A DNA stretch of 47,637 nucleotides from the NCBI GenBank assembly GCA_022562795.1, contig JADFOP010000013.1, forward strand, positions 1 through 47,637, given 5' to 3'. This document shows, piece by piece, positions 28,151-36,738 of the stretch (the stretch's first letter is position 1; the number at the start of each line of letters is the position of its first letter). Source of the stretch: Nitrospinota bacterium (GTDB lineage: Bacteria; JADFOP01). The translations under genes and the position numbers were made by a program. The notes below the pieces were generated by a model. The model saw only the letters and a program-made list of their open reading frames with translations, was not told where the DNA came from and ran no database searches.

Positions 28151-29332
28151 ATGCATGGACTCATCGCCCCCCACGGAGGAAAGCTGATCAACCTGGTTCT
28201 CGAGGCGGACGAAGGCGCCGCCGCCGAAGAGCGCGCCGCCGACCTGCCGCAGGTCGCCCTCAACGCCCGTGCCATCTCCGATCTTGAGCTAATCGCCACG
28301 GGGGCCTTCAGCCCCTTGGAGGGTTTCATGGGCCGCCAGGACTACCAGGGCGTAATAAAGGATATGCGGCTTTCCAACGGCCTGCCATGGAGCCTGCCAA
28401 TCACGCTGGCGGTCGACAAATACGAAGCAGAGGGGCTTCGGCCTGGCCAAGACGTCGCCCTGGTTAACCCCCACGGACGCCTGCTGGCCCTGCTCCACCT
28501 CGAGGAGGCCTACCCGTACGACAAGAAGGTTGAGGCCGGCCTCGTCTACCGGACGGAGGAGGCCGCCCACCCTGGAGTCCACTACCTCTACCAGCGGGGG
28601 GAGGTGCTGCTGGCTGGCAAGGTGAGCCTGGTGCGCCGCTCCTCTCTAAAGGGCTTCGAGCCTTACAATGCCGAGCCCCGAGAACTGCGCAGCCAGTTCA
28701 CCGAGCGCAACTGGCGCACGGTAGTCGCCTTCCAGACCCGAAACCCCATCCACCGCGCCCACGAATACATCCAAAAATGCGCCCTGGAGCTGATGGACGG
28801 GCTCCTCATCCACCCTCTGGTGGGCAGGACGAAGCTCGACGATGTGCCGAGCTTGGTCCGCCTCGAGTGCTACCGGGTGCTCCTTGAGAACTACTACCCC
28901 AAGGAGCGCGCCATCATGACCGCATTTCCGGGCGCCATGCGGTACGCTGGCCCGCGCGAGGCCATCTTCCACGCCCTCGTCCGCAAGAACTACGGCTGCA
29001 CCCACTTCATCGTCGGCCGCGACCACGCCGGGGTCGGCGACTATTACGGGACCTACGACGCCCAGCAGATCTTCAGCGAGTTCGGCCGGGATGAGCTCGC
29101 CATCACCCCACTCTTCTTCGAGCATACCTTTTACTGCTCCACTTGCGGGGCGATGGCCTCGCCGAAGACCTGCCCCCACGACGACGGGTCGCGGATTACG
29201 CTTAGCGGCACGCGGCTTCGGGAGATGTTGGCCGACGGCTCCTTGATCCCCGAGGAGATCACCCGCCCAGAGGTGGCCCGGGTGCTAAGGCAGTGGGCCG
29301 AGGAGCATAAGCATAAGAACCAATCCGCCTAA
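28151..29332 (+). CDS. sat: Sulfate adenylyltransferase (Sat type)
   Basis: FSPLEGFM, FQTRNPIHRAHE, MRYAGPREA, HFIVGRDHAG. Confidence 0.97.
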   Translation: MHGLIAPHGGKLINLVLEADEGAAAEERAADLPQVALNARAISDLELIATGAFSPLEGFMGRQDYQGVIKDMRLSNGLPWSLPITLAVDKYEAEGLRPGQDVALVNPHGRLLALLHLEEAYPYDKKVEAGLVYRTEEAAHPGVHYLYQRGEVLLAGKVSLVRRSSLKGFEPYNAEPRELRSQFTERNWRTVVAFQTRNPIHRAHEYIQKCALELMDGLLIHPLVGRTKLDDVPSLVRLECYRVLLENYYPKERAIMTAFPGAMRYAGPREAIFHALVRKNYGCTHFIVGRDHAGVGDYYGTYDAQQIFSEFGRDELAITPLFFEHTFYCSTCGAMASPKTCPHDDGSRITLSGTRLREMLADGSLIPEEITRPEVARVLRQWAEEHKHKNQSA

Positions 29333-29338
29333 GGCGGA
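29324..29338. repeat. REP-like palindrome TCCGCCTAAGGCGGA overlapping the sat stop codon
   Basis: Core of the element seen at 1560 and 18037. Confidence 0.5.
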
Positions 29339-29627
29339 CTGAGCCGGGCCTCTGCTAGCTGCCGGATGGCCCCTGTCGTTTCCTGTCTAAAGGCCTGTTT
29401 ATAAACTAACAGGGAGCAGTCGAAATCGATTGCGCGCCTTCTTCTTCCTAAACGAGCAACCGCTCACAAGTGGTGGTCTAGGCATCTTCCGTGAGGAGCC
29501 AATTTTGAGCCGGGGTGCGCCGCGTGGCGCTCTTAGGGAGGCGCCCAGCGAACGTGTCAAGACTACAAATAAAATGGAAATTCCCGATATGTATGTAGGG
29601 TGAGGAAATTTCGGGAGCGGAGAAACA

Positions 29628-29933
29628 ATGAGGCTCACGATAGCAAGGAAGCTGCTGCTAGGTTTCGGGTCGCTCTTGGCGATTTTTCTCATAACAGGCC
29701 TGGTCGTCAATGCCAATATTCGTACGATCGAGAAGGATTTGACGGAGATCACCATGGTCGAAGAGCCGACCAGCGCCGCCGCCTACGAGATGGAGATAAA
29801 CGTCATCGGGACGGGCCTGGGGCTTTCGATCTGCCAGGGCATCGTCGAGGCCCACGGGGGTTCGATCCACGCCGAGAACGGCCTCGAGGGGGGCGCGGCC
29901 TTCGTCGTCCGATTGGGCCTGGATGAGGCCTGA
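29628..29933 (+). pseudogene. Internally deleted sensor histidine kinase
   Basis: TM1 and the start of a periplasmic helix are joined directly to the HATPase C-terminus GTGLGLSIC..IVEAHGG.I......GA.F; no HisKA, N or G1 box. Confidence 0.75.
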
Positions 29934-30058
29934 CGGTGGGGAGAGCGTCGGTCTGGTAATGAACCATGGAAGTATTTTTAAACACCATGCATTCTTTTCT
30001 AAACCTTGGGCCGAAAGGTCCGATTTTATGTATGAAGGAACAATTGAATAGCTGTCCT

Positions 30059-30149
30059 CTATTTCGAAAAGGGCAAACTATCCGAAAGGGTAGGGCGCAA
30101 AGTCACCGGCCCTCGGCGTAGCGCCAGGGAAGCGGGACCGCCGAAATAG
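30059..30149 (+). ncRNA. c-di-GMP-I (GEMM-I) riboswitch aptamer
   Basis: P1 CTATTTCG/CGAAATAG; GGGCAAAC-TATCC-GAAA-GGGTA-GGGCGCAAAG; P3 ending AGCGGGACCGCCG; matches the Vc2-type consensus. Confidence 0.88.
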
Positions 30150-30161
30150 TTTTTTATAGGC

Positions 30162-30193
30162 GAGCCGGCTCTTTTTGAGGCGGCTCTTTTTTT
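30162..30193 (+). terminator. Intrinsic terminator (riboswitch expression platform)
   Basis: GAGCCG-g-CTC-ttttt-GAG-g-CGGCTC followed by T7. Confidence 0.75.
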
Positions 30194-30271
30194 GTCCAAG
30201 ATGATGTATGACTGGGCTGCTGTCCGAATAAATGGGTGGCCTTGGTCGCCCTAGATGGATGAACAGGACCG

Positions 30272-30640
30272 ATGACTCCAATAAAAATACTGGTGGTTGA
30301 CGACGAGCCGTTGTTCCGAAAGATGCTGCGCAGATTCCTTGTCGGTGAAGGTTTCAGCGTGGTAGAGGCCCGCGACGGCGACGAAGCCATAATAGCATAC
30401 AAGAATCAGAGGCCCGATGTGGTTCTGCTCGATGTCAGGATGCCGGGCAAGGACGGCCTAGAGACCCTTCGGGAACTCAAAGCTAACGACCCCGAAGCGC
30501 GAGTCATGATGCTCACCGCCGTTTGCGACGAGGATGTCATCGATCGGGCCTTGGCCGATGGGGCCGCTGACTACGTCACCAAGCCCATCAACCTCAAATA
30601 TTTAGGGGCCACCTTACAAGCGGTCATTGCCTCACCCTAG
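30272..30640 (+). CDS. Single-domain response regulator (receiver only)
   Basis: ILVVDDE, LLDVRMPGKDG, MLTA, YVTKP. Confidence 0.93.
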   Translation: MTPIKILVVDDEPLFRKMLRRFLVGEGFSVVEARDGDEAIIAYKNQRPDVVLLDVRMPGKDGLETLRELKANDPEARVMMLTAVCDEDVIDRALADGAADYVTKPINLKYLGATLQAVIASP

Positions 30641-30671
30641 TCTGTAAGTCACTCCCAGCGGGAAGCCGGTC

Positions 30672-33600
30672 TTAGTGGGCGTGGGCGGAAGCCTGCTCCA
30701 GGTTGAGCGAGACGACTCTGCTTACGCCTTCCTCCTCCATGGTCACGCCGCAGAGAACCTCACCTTGGACCATGGTCTGCTTGTTGTGTGTGATGACGAT
30801 GAATTGGGTCTCGGCGGCGCGTTCCTTCAGAAGGTTGGTGAAGCGCTGAATGTTGGCGTCGTCCAGTGTGGCGTCGACTTCGTCGAGGAGGCAAAAGGGC
30901 GCGGGCTTGACCAGGAACATGGCGAAGAGCAAAGCCAAGGCCGTTAGAGCCCTTTCCCCGGCCGAAAGTAGGGTGATGGAGCCGAGCCGCTTGCCCGGCG
31001 GCTGCACGGATACCTCTACGCCGGCCTCTAGGATGTCATCGTCAGTCAGCACGAGCATGGCTGAGCCGCCCTCGAAGAGTCGGGCGAAGACCTCCTGGAA
31101 GCGGGTGTTGACCGCCTCAAAGGTCTCACGAAGCATGCGGCGGGTGGTGCGGTCGACTTTCTCGATTACCTTGGTTAAGTCGGCGATGGAGCGCTCCAGG
31201 TCTGTCTTCTGGGCTGCGAGGAAGGCGTGGCGAGCCTCCACTTCCTCAAACTCCTCCAGGGCCTCAAGGTTGACCCCGCCGAGGTTTCTGAGCCGGTTCC
31301 TGAGGGCTTCGGCCTTACGGCGGCGCTCCTCAAGGGGCGGGCCTTCAGGGTCGTGGTAGGCCACGAGGGCCGGCGAAACCAGCCGCCAATCCCGGCGTAG
31401 CCGCTCCTCAATATGTGCGATTTCCACCCGGACCTCCGCTTGGGCCACCTCTATTGGGCCCATCCGGTCCTTTGCTTCATCCAAGCGGTCCCGGCTTCGC
31501 CCGATTGCTTCCTCCGCGGCCAAGGCCACACGTTGGTGGGAGACGAGCTTCTCCTCAACTGCACGGAGACGATCCGTGAGTCCGGCCCTCTTCTTGAAGT
31601 GCTCTTGTAGCTCGGCCTCGAGGGCTTCCAGGGAATGGCCGACGGCAGCCTCTCGTTTGGCCGCCTCCACGCGGCGGCTCTCCAGGTCAGCGAGACGGGC
31701 CGACAGATCCTCGGAGCGTTGGACAGCAGCGGTTTGCTCTGCCCGGTGGGCGTCTCGCTCACCCCGAAGTCGGGTGACTGTTAGGGACTGCTCGTGGACC
31801 GCCTGCCTTGCTTCCTCCCAGGAGGAGGCGGCCTCCGCCAGAGCCTTCTCGGCCTCTGCGATGAGGCCCTCCTGCTTAAGCCTGTCGGATTCGGCTTCGT
31901 TGCGGAGGTCAGCCAACCTGGCCTGATCGGCATCGATGGCCTCCAGGTCGACCTCCAGGCGGGAGGCCTCGGCCGCTGCGACTTCCAACGACCGAGCGAT
32001 ACGCTCTCTCTCCAGGGCCAGGTGTTCCAGGGTCTTATCAACCTCCACGAGCCGTTTGTCCAGCTCGGCGATACGTCGATTGAGGAGCTCTCGGTCGCCC
32101 TCGAGGGTCTGGCGCTGATGAAGGAGCCGAGCCAACTCCTCCTCCATTGGGGCGAGCCGCTCCTGGAGGTCCACCACCTCGTCGCTCAACTGGCGCACAA
32201 GCCGCCGCTTCTTCAGCAACTCCAGGTGTCCGCTGTTGGCGGAGCCGCCAATGATCAGTCCGTTAGGCTCCATGACGATGCCGTCGAGGGTGACGAGGGT
32301 TACGCTGCGGCCGTTGTTACGCCACACATCGAGGGCCGTGTCCAAGTCCTCCACGAGCCAGACCCCGCCGAGCAGATGTCGGATGACAGGGCGGAACTCC
32401 TCTCGGCACGAAACCACCTCCATGGCGGGCCCGATGAGGCCCGGCGAGGGAGGCAGCGCCTTGGGAGGCCCGTTTCCTTCGAGACTGAGGGGAATAAAGG
32501 CGCTACGGCCAGCGGAGTCGTCCCTGAGTCGCTCGATGGCGACCCGGGCGTCGGAATGGGTCTCCACTACGAGGCTCTGGACCCGCTCGCCTAGGGCCGC
32601 CTCTATCGCAACCTCGTATGACGGGGGGCATTCGATGAGCTCCGCCACCACACCTCGAATGCCCGCCAGCTCAGCCGACTCCTCGCGGCGTTCCATGAGA
32701 TAGCGGACCCCCTCTCTGTATCCCTCGAAAGAGCGGTGAATCGCCTCTAGGCTGCTCAGTAGCGATCTTCTCTCCGTCAGGGTTTCTCGTAGAGTGGAGA
32801 TCTTTTCCTCGACGGAGTGGATGGCCTCAGCCGTACGGGTCATTTCGTTCACGCACGTCGCCCTTTGGCGGAGGGCCTCTTCGTGGTCCTCACCCGTCTT
32901 CCGGCGGGCAGCCGTGTGGGTCCGATGCGATGTCTCTATTTGCTCGGCGCTCTCCCGGTCGGCCTCGGAGCCTCCTTCAAGCTGCTCCCGGCGCACTTCG
33001 AGGGCCTTGCGCCGTGCCTCTAGGGCGGTGGCCTCGTTGGAGAGAGAGCTTTCGGCCCGCATCTGCTCCAGGAATATCGCTTTTGCTGGCTCTTGAGCCG
33101 CCTGGGCCTCCTGGAGCAGCTCAGAGGCCGCGGCCGCCTCCGCATCACGTGATTCGTGAAGAGCCCAAGCCGCCTCGTAGGACTCCTCGAGCTCTCGACC
33201 ACGCCCCTCCAGAGATCTCATGCGTTCCGCCTCCTGCGTGACCGCGCCCCGGAGGCGCTCGAGTTCCTTGTCGGTAGCTTCCCCCTCCTTGGAGAGCTTT
33301 TCCCTCTCGTCCCGCAGGATGCCCACTCGGTGTTCGGCCCGATCGATGGCACCCTCACACTCCAGGAGCTCCTGGCGGCGGGCCGCAACGGCCCTCTCCT
33401 TGGTCACCCCGTCGAGACGGAGGCCCTCCAGGTCCCCCTCTCGCGCGGCAACATCCGCGGCGTGACCTTCCAGCTCGGCCCGGCGTCGTTCGGCCTCGCC
33501 GGCTAAGGATTCGGTACGGGCCTGGGCGGCGAAGAATTCTCCGGCCAGGATGGTGAGCTCCACGCCCCGCAGCTCACGGCTCAGGTCCTTATAGCGGCGG

Positions 33601-34247
33601 GCCCTCTGGGCTTGCCGCCGGGGCCGCTCCACCTGACGACGCAGCTCCTCTACGAGGTCGCCCACGCGCTCCAGGTTGTCGCTGGCCGCATCGAGCCTGC
33701 GTTGAGCGATAGCCCGCTTGTGCTTGTACTTCATCACGCCTGCGGCCTGCTCGATGAGGAGTCTGCGGTCTTCGGGTTTGGCGCTTACGATGGAGGCCAC
33801 CCGGTCCTGCTCGATGACGGCGAAGGCGTTGGTGGCCAGACCCGATTCGAGAAATAGCTCCACAATGTCCTTGAGACGGCAGGGGGACCCGTTGAGTCGG
33901 TACTCGCTGGTCCCATCACGGTAGAGACGGCGGGAGACCTTCACCTCGTCAAAGGCCGCGTAGGGGGAATCACCGAGGGTTGAGGCCGCATCCTCGAGAA
34001 CCAGAGAAACCTCGGCCATTCCGATCGGCGCCCGGGTGGCCGAGCCGTTGAATATGAGGTCTTCCATACGGCGGCCCCGCAGGAGCTTGGCGCTCTGCTC
34101 GCCTAACACCCAGCGAATAGCATCGGAGATGTTGCTCTTTCCGCAACCGTTGGGGCCGACAATGACGGTGATACCCGGCTCGAAGGTGAGGAGGGTGGGC
34201 TCGACGAATGACTTAAAGCCGACCAGCTCGATGGATTTGAGGTACAT
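30672..34247 (-). CDS. smc: Chromosome segregation protein SMC
   Basis: GFKSF, GPNGCGKSN, hinge domain, LSAGE, LLDEVDA; GGAG RBS before ATG 34247. Confidence 0.97.
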   Translation of the reverse strand: MYLKSIELVGFKSFVEPTLLTFEPGITVIVGPNGCGKSNISDAIRWVLGEQSAKLLRGRRMEDLIFNGSATRAPIGMAEVSLVLEDAASTLGDSPYAAFDEVKVSRRLYRDGTSEYRLNGSPCRLKDIVELFLESGLATNAFAVIEQDRVASIVSAKPEDRRLLIEQAAGVMKYKHKRAIAQRRLDAASDNLERVGDLVEELRRQVERPRRQAQRARRYKDLSRELRGVELTILAGEFFAAQARTESLAGEAERRRAELEGHAADVAAREGDLEGLRLDGVTKERAVAARRQELLECEGAIDRAEHRVGILRDEREKLSKEGEATDKELERLRGAVTQEAERMRSLEGRGRELEESYEAAWALHESRDAEAAAASELLQEAQAAQEPAKAIFLEQMRAESSLSNEATALEARRKALEVRREQLEGGSEADRESAEQIETSHRTHTAARRKTGEDHEEALRQRATCVNEMTRTAEAIHSVEEKISTLRETLTERRSLLSSLEAIHRSFEGYREGVRYLMERREESAELAGIRGVVAELIECPPSYEVAIEAALGERVQSLVVETHSDARVAIERLRDDSAGRSAFIPLSLEGNGPPKALPPSPGLIGPAMEVVSCREEFRPVIRHLLGGVWLVEDLDTALDVWRNNGRSVTLVTLDGIVMEPNGLIIGGSANSGHLELLKKRRLVRQLSDEVVDLQERLAPMEEELARLLHQRQTLEGDRELLNRRIAELDKRLVEVDKTLEHLALERERIARSLEVAAAEASRLEVDLEAIDADQARLADLRNEAESDRLKQEGLIAEAEKALAEAASSWEEARQAVHEQSLTVTRLRGERDAHRAEQTAAVQRSEDLSARLADLESRRVEAAKREAAVGHSLEALEAELQEHFKKRAGLTDRLRAVEEKLVSHQRVALAAEEAIGRSRDRLDEAKDRMGPIEVAQAEVRVEIAHIEERLRRDWRLVSPALVAYHDPEGPPLEERRRKAEALRNRLRNLGGVNLEALEEFEEVEARHAFLAAQKTDLERSIADLTKVIEKVDRTTRRMLRETFEAVNTRFQEVFARLFEGGSAMLVLTDDDILEAGVEVSVQPPGKRLGSITLLSAGERALTALALLFAMFLVKPAPFCLLDEVDATLDDANIQRFTNLLKERAAETQFIVITHNKQTMVQGEVLCGVTMEEEGVSRVVSLNLEQASAHAH

Positions 34248-34286
34248 CACTTTCTCCATCCGAACCGGCAGGCGCGCTTATCAGAT

Positions 34287-34315
34287 ATCCTACCACTCGA
34301 CGGAATCCTTGTAAA
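34287..34315 (-). promoter_or_regulatory. sigma70 promoter of smc
   Basis: TTTACA-17-TAGGAT with a TG extension on the minus strand. Confidence 0.5.
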
Positions 34316-34322
34316 GGAAAAA

Positions 34323-34369
34323 ATACAATACTTTGTGCCGATTCTCCGCTCGGCGTCAAGATGTTGTGT
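34323..34369. promoter_or_regulatory. Tandem NrdR-like boxes upstream of smc
   Basis: atACAATACTTTGtgc and cgtCAAGATGTTGtgt; starts 31 bp apart. Confidence 0.5.
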
Positions 34370-34704
34370 GGGTCCCCTGTTACGGTCGTCAAGCCTCTGG
34401 GGCGGTTCCCTTAATCAAACGCCCCACTGGCTCGCCGAGACTTAAAGGATTGATTTCCTCTAGACTGCCGGATATACTTTTATTTGGAGCAAGGTTGGCA
34501 ACTGGGGCGCCTGGCTTAACAGTTTGTGTATTTTTAAATCGGAGAGCCGCCGCGGCGGATCTCGCCTCCACGTGGCCTCCGATGGGCTGACAGCCGCCCT
34601 GTCCATGAAGCGCCTTCAGGCCCTCATTGCCGAATCGTCGATCAATCCTCCTCGGGTGGAATCTGTTGCTCATGACCTTGGGGAATACTGAGGCGTAGCG
34701 GCCC

Positions 34705-35439
34705 ATGGATTCGCCTGGCGCATACGTGGGGCGGCTCCTTGGAGCGCTTCGGGACCGTCTGGCCCTTCGCCTGTCCCTCACCCGCATCCAGCCTAACCAG
34801 ATAACACTCCTTGGCGTGGCCCTATCGGCCGCGGCGGGCTTCCTCTTCGCCCAGCTCGCCGAGGGCTGGGCGGGCGCGGTGCTCCTCGGTGCCGGGACGT
34901 GCGATGTCCTCGCCGGGGCCCTGGCCCGGGCCAAGGGCAAGCTCACCACCTTTGGGGCCATTTACGATTCGACCCTAGACCGCTATAGTGACTTCTTCAT
35001 ATTCTTCGGCATAGCGATCGGGGGCCTGCGGGCACTTCGGGCCGACAGGTTCGGGCTTGCCCTCGCGGTCACCGTCGGGGCGGTCCTGACGAGCTACGTG
35101 CGTGCTCGCGCCGAGCGTCACATCGAGAGGTGCGACGTGGGATTTACGGAACGGCCCGAGCGGCTGGTGGCGATAATCGTGGGCGCCTTGATCGGCCACC
35201 TCGACAGGGCACTCTGGGTCCTCGTCCCGTTGACCCACTTGACTGTAATCCAGCGGCTGCTCTACACGCGCCACGCGTTGGGGCCACAGCAACCCCTACC
35301 GTCGGGCTGGAGGAGAATGCTCCGAGGCCTTCTGCTGTGGCCTTACCCCCGGATGAGCTGGCAGTACGACCTGGTGGCTGGCTGCATAATGGCCTTACTT
35401 ATTGTCCCCTGGCCGTTGCCGTTGGGTCTAATAATATAA
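34705..35439 (+). CDS. CDP-alcohol phosphatidyltransferase family protein
   Basis: PNQIT, D..AG.LAR......FGA..D...DRYSD, SYVRARAE, ERPER. Confidence 0.85.
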   Translation: MDSPGAYVGRLLGALRDRLALRLSLTRIQPNQITLLGVALSAAAGFLFAQLAEGWAGAVLLGAGTCDVLAGALARAKGKLTTFGAIYDSTLDRYSDFFIFFGIAIGGLRALRADRFGLALAVTVGAVLTSYVRARAERHIERCDVGFTERPERLVAIIVGALIGHLDRALWVLVPLTHLTVIQRLLYTRHALGPQQPLPSGWRRMLRGLLLWPYPRMSWQYDLVAGCIMALLIVPWPLPLGLII

Positions 35440-35477
35440 ATTGGGCACTTCTTGCCCCCGAGAAGGAGAAAAAAACC

Positions 35478-35840
35478 ATGACGCGTAGAGTCACTATTGC
35501 TGGTCTGCTCCTTGTCGTGGCCGCCCTTGGGGGTGGTACGGTGGCAGCAACCGAGGAGAAAACACCTCCCACGCCGCACGAGGCCTCCAGCACTGTCCTT
35601 TCCCTCAAGGCCAATATGGGAGGACATCACTTGGAAGTGGAGGTCGAGCAGACCGACGACGGGGTAACCGTCAAGGGCGCCCTTGATGAGAAGACCATCG
35701 AGGCCTACGGCACGCGCCAGGCCGACGGGACGGTCCGCGTGGAGGTCACCTCGGACAATGAGACTATGCTCGAGATGACCATCAACCCTGAGGCTTTGGT
35801 CCAGATGACTACTCCCTCCGGCCCTCCAACGCAGCCGTAG
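35478..35840 (+). CDS. Small exported hypothetical protein (120 aa, beta-rich, acidic)
   Basis: AAGGAG RBS; signal peptide MTRRVTIAGLLLVVAALGGGTVAA. Confidence 0.7.
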   Translation: MTRRVTIAGLLLVVAALGGGTVAATEEKTPPTPHEASSTVLSLKANMGGHHLEVEVEQTDDGVTVKGALDEKTIEAYGTRQADGTVRVEVTSDNETMLEMTINPEALVQMTTPSGPPTQP

Positions 35841-36011
35841 ATTCATAAGGGCCCGCCATACTCCCTCCTAAGGAGGAAGGGAGAAAGCCCCCCCATTTAA
35901 GTGTTCATTACATGAACACCATTGTTTTTTAAAGAGTGTTCGGTGATAGGTGGCCACCGTACATGGCCTGTGGGACTATAGCAAATGTTGGGGCTTAAGG
36001 TCTCGCGGAAG

Positions 36012-36719
36012 CTATATATTGGGTCTCGTACTTTCTAGCCGCTTCAGTGCCTGTCGGGCGGCGGCCTGTTCGGCATCCTTTTTGCTCTTTCCGGTGCCTC
36101 GGCCTAATAATCCCTTGGAATCAAACACCTCGATCTCAAAAGTCTTTTGGTGGTCGGGGCCCCGTTGAGCGACAACTGTATAGTTCGGCAGGCCCTGACT
36201 CGTCTCCTGACACCACTCCTGGAGGAGGCTTTTGAAGTCGGTCGTAGGTACCGCCGAAGCCACATCCTCTAGGACATCTGCGAAAAGGTCCAACAGAATG
36301 GACCGAGTCCTGTCGTATCCCGCCTCCAGGTAGAGGGCCGCCGCCAGAGCCTCGTAAGCGCCGGCTAGGAGCGAGGGTTTGTCCCTACCTCCTGTAAGCT
36401 CCTCCCCGCGGCCGAGCCGCAGGTGGTCTCCCAGGCCGAGGAGTCGGGCCCGGTTGGCCAGGGCCGCCTCGTTGACTAAGTGGGATCGTCGCTTGGAGAG
36501 CACTCCCTCAGGGGCGTTGGGAAGCGTTTGGACGAAGTGCTCCGAGATGACGAGGTCGATGACCGCGTCGCCGAGGAATTCGAGCCGCTCGTTGTGCGAT
36601 GTGGGCTCGGGCTGCTCGTGGGCGAAGGAGGTGTGGGTCAGGGCCTGCTCCAGGAGGTCCTTGTCGGCAAAGTTATAGCCGATTCGTTCCTCCAGGGAGG
36701 CCAGAGGTGGGCGAGGCAT
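36012..36719 (-). CDS. rnc: Ribonuclease III
   Basis: NERLEFLGDAV; dsRBD KSLLQE...GPDH.K.F...G.GKSKKDAEQ.AA. Confidence 0.97.
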   Translation of the reverse strand: MPRPPLASLEERIGYNFADKDLLEQALTHTSFAHEQPEPTSHNERLEFLGDAVIDLVISEHFVQTLPNAPEGVLSKRRSHLVNEAALANRARLLGLGDHLRLGRGEELTGGRDKPSLLAGAYEALAAALYLEAGYDRTRSILLDLFADVLEDVASAVPTTDFKSLLQEWCQETSQGLPNYTVVAQRGPDHQKTFEIEVFDSKGLLGRGTGKSKKDAEQAAARQALKRLESTRPNI

Positions 36720-36738
36720 GCTGCCTCCCTGATCAGCC

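Noticed and set aside
34480-34704. Long leader or short ORF (MKRLQALIAESS...) ahead of the phosphotransferase
   Set aside because: No recognisable RNA motif, RBS or protein similarity.
35130-35477. N-terminal half of the 236-aa ORF 35130-35840
   Set aside because: It overlaps the CDP-alcohol phosphotransferase; the RBS and signal peptide indicate a start at 35478.
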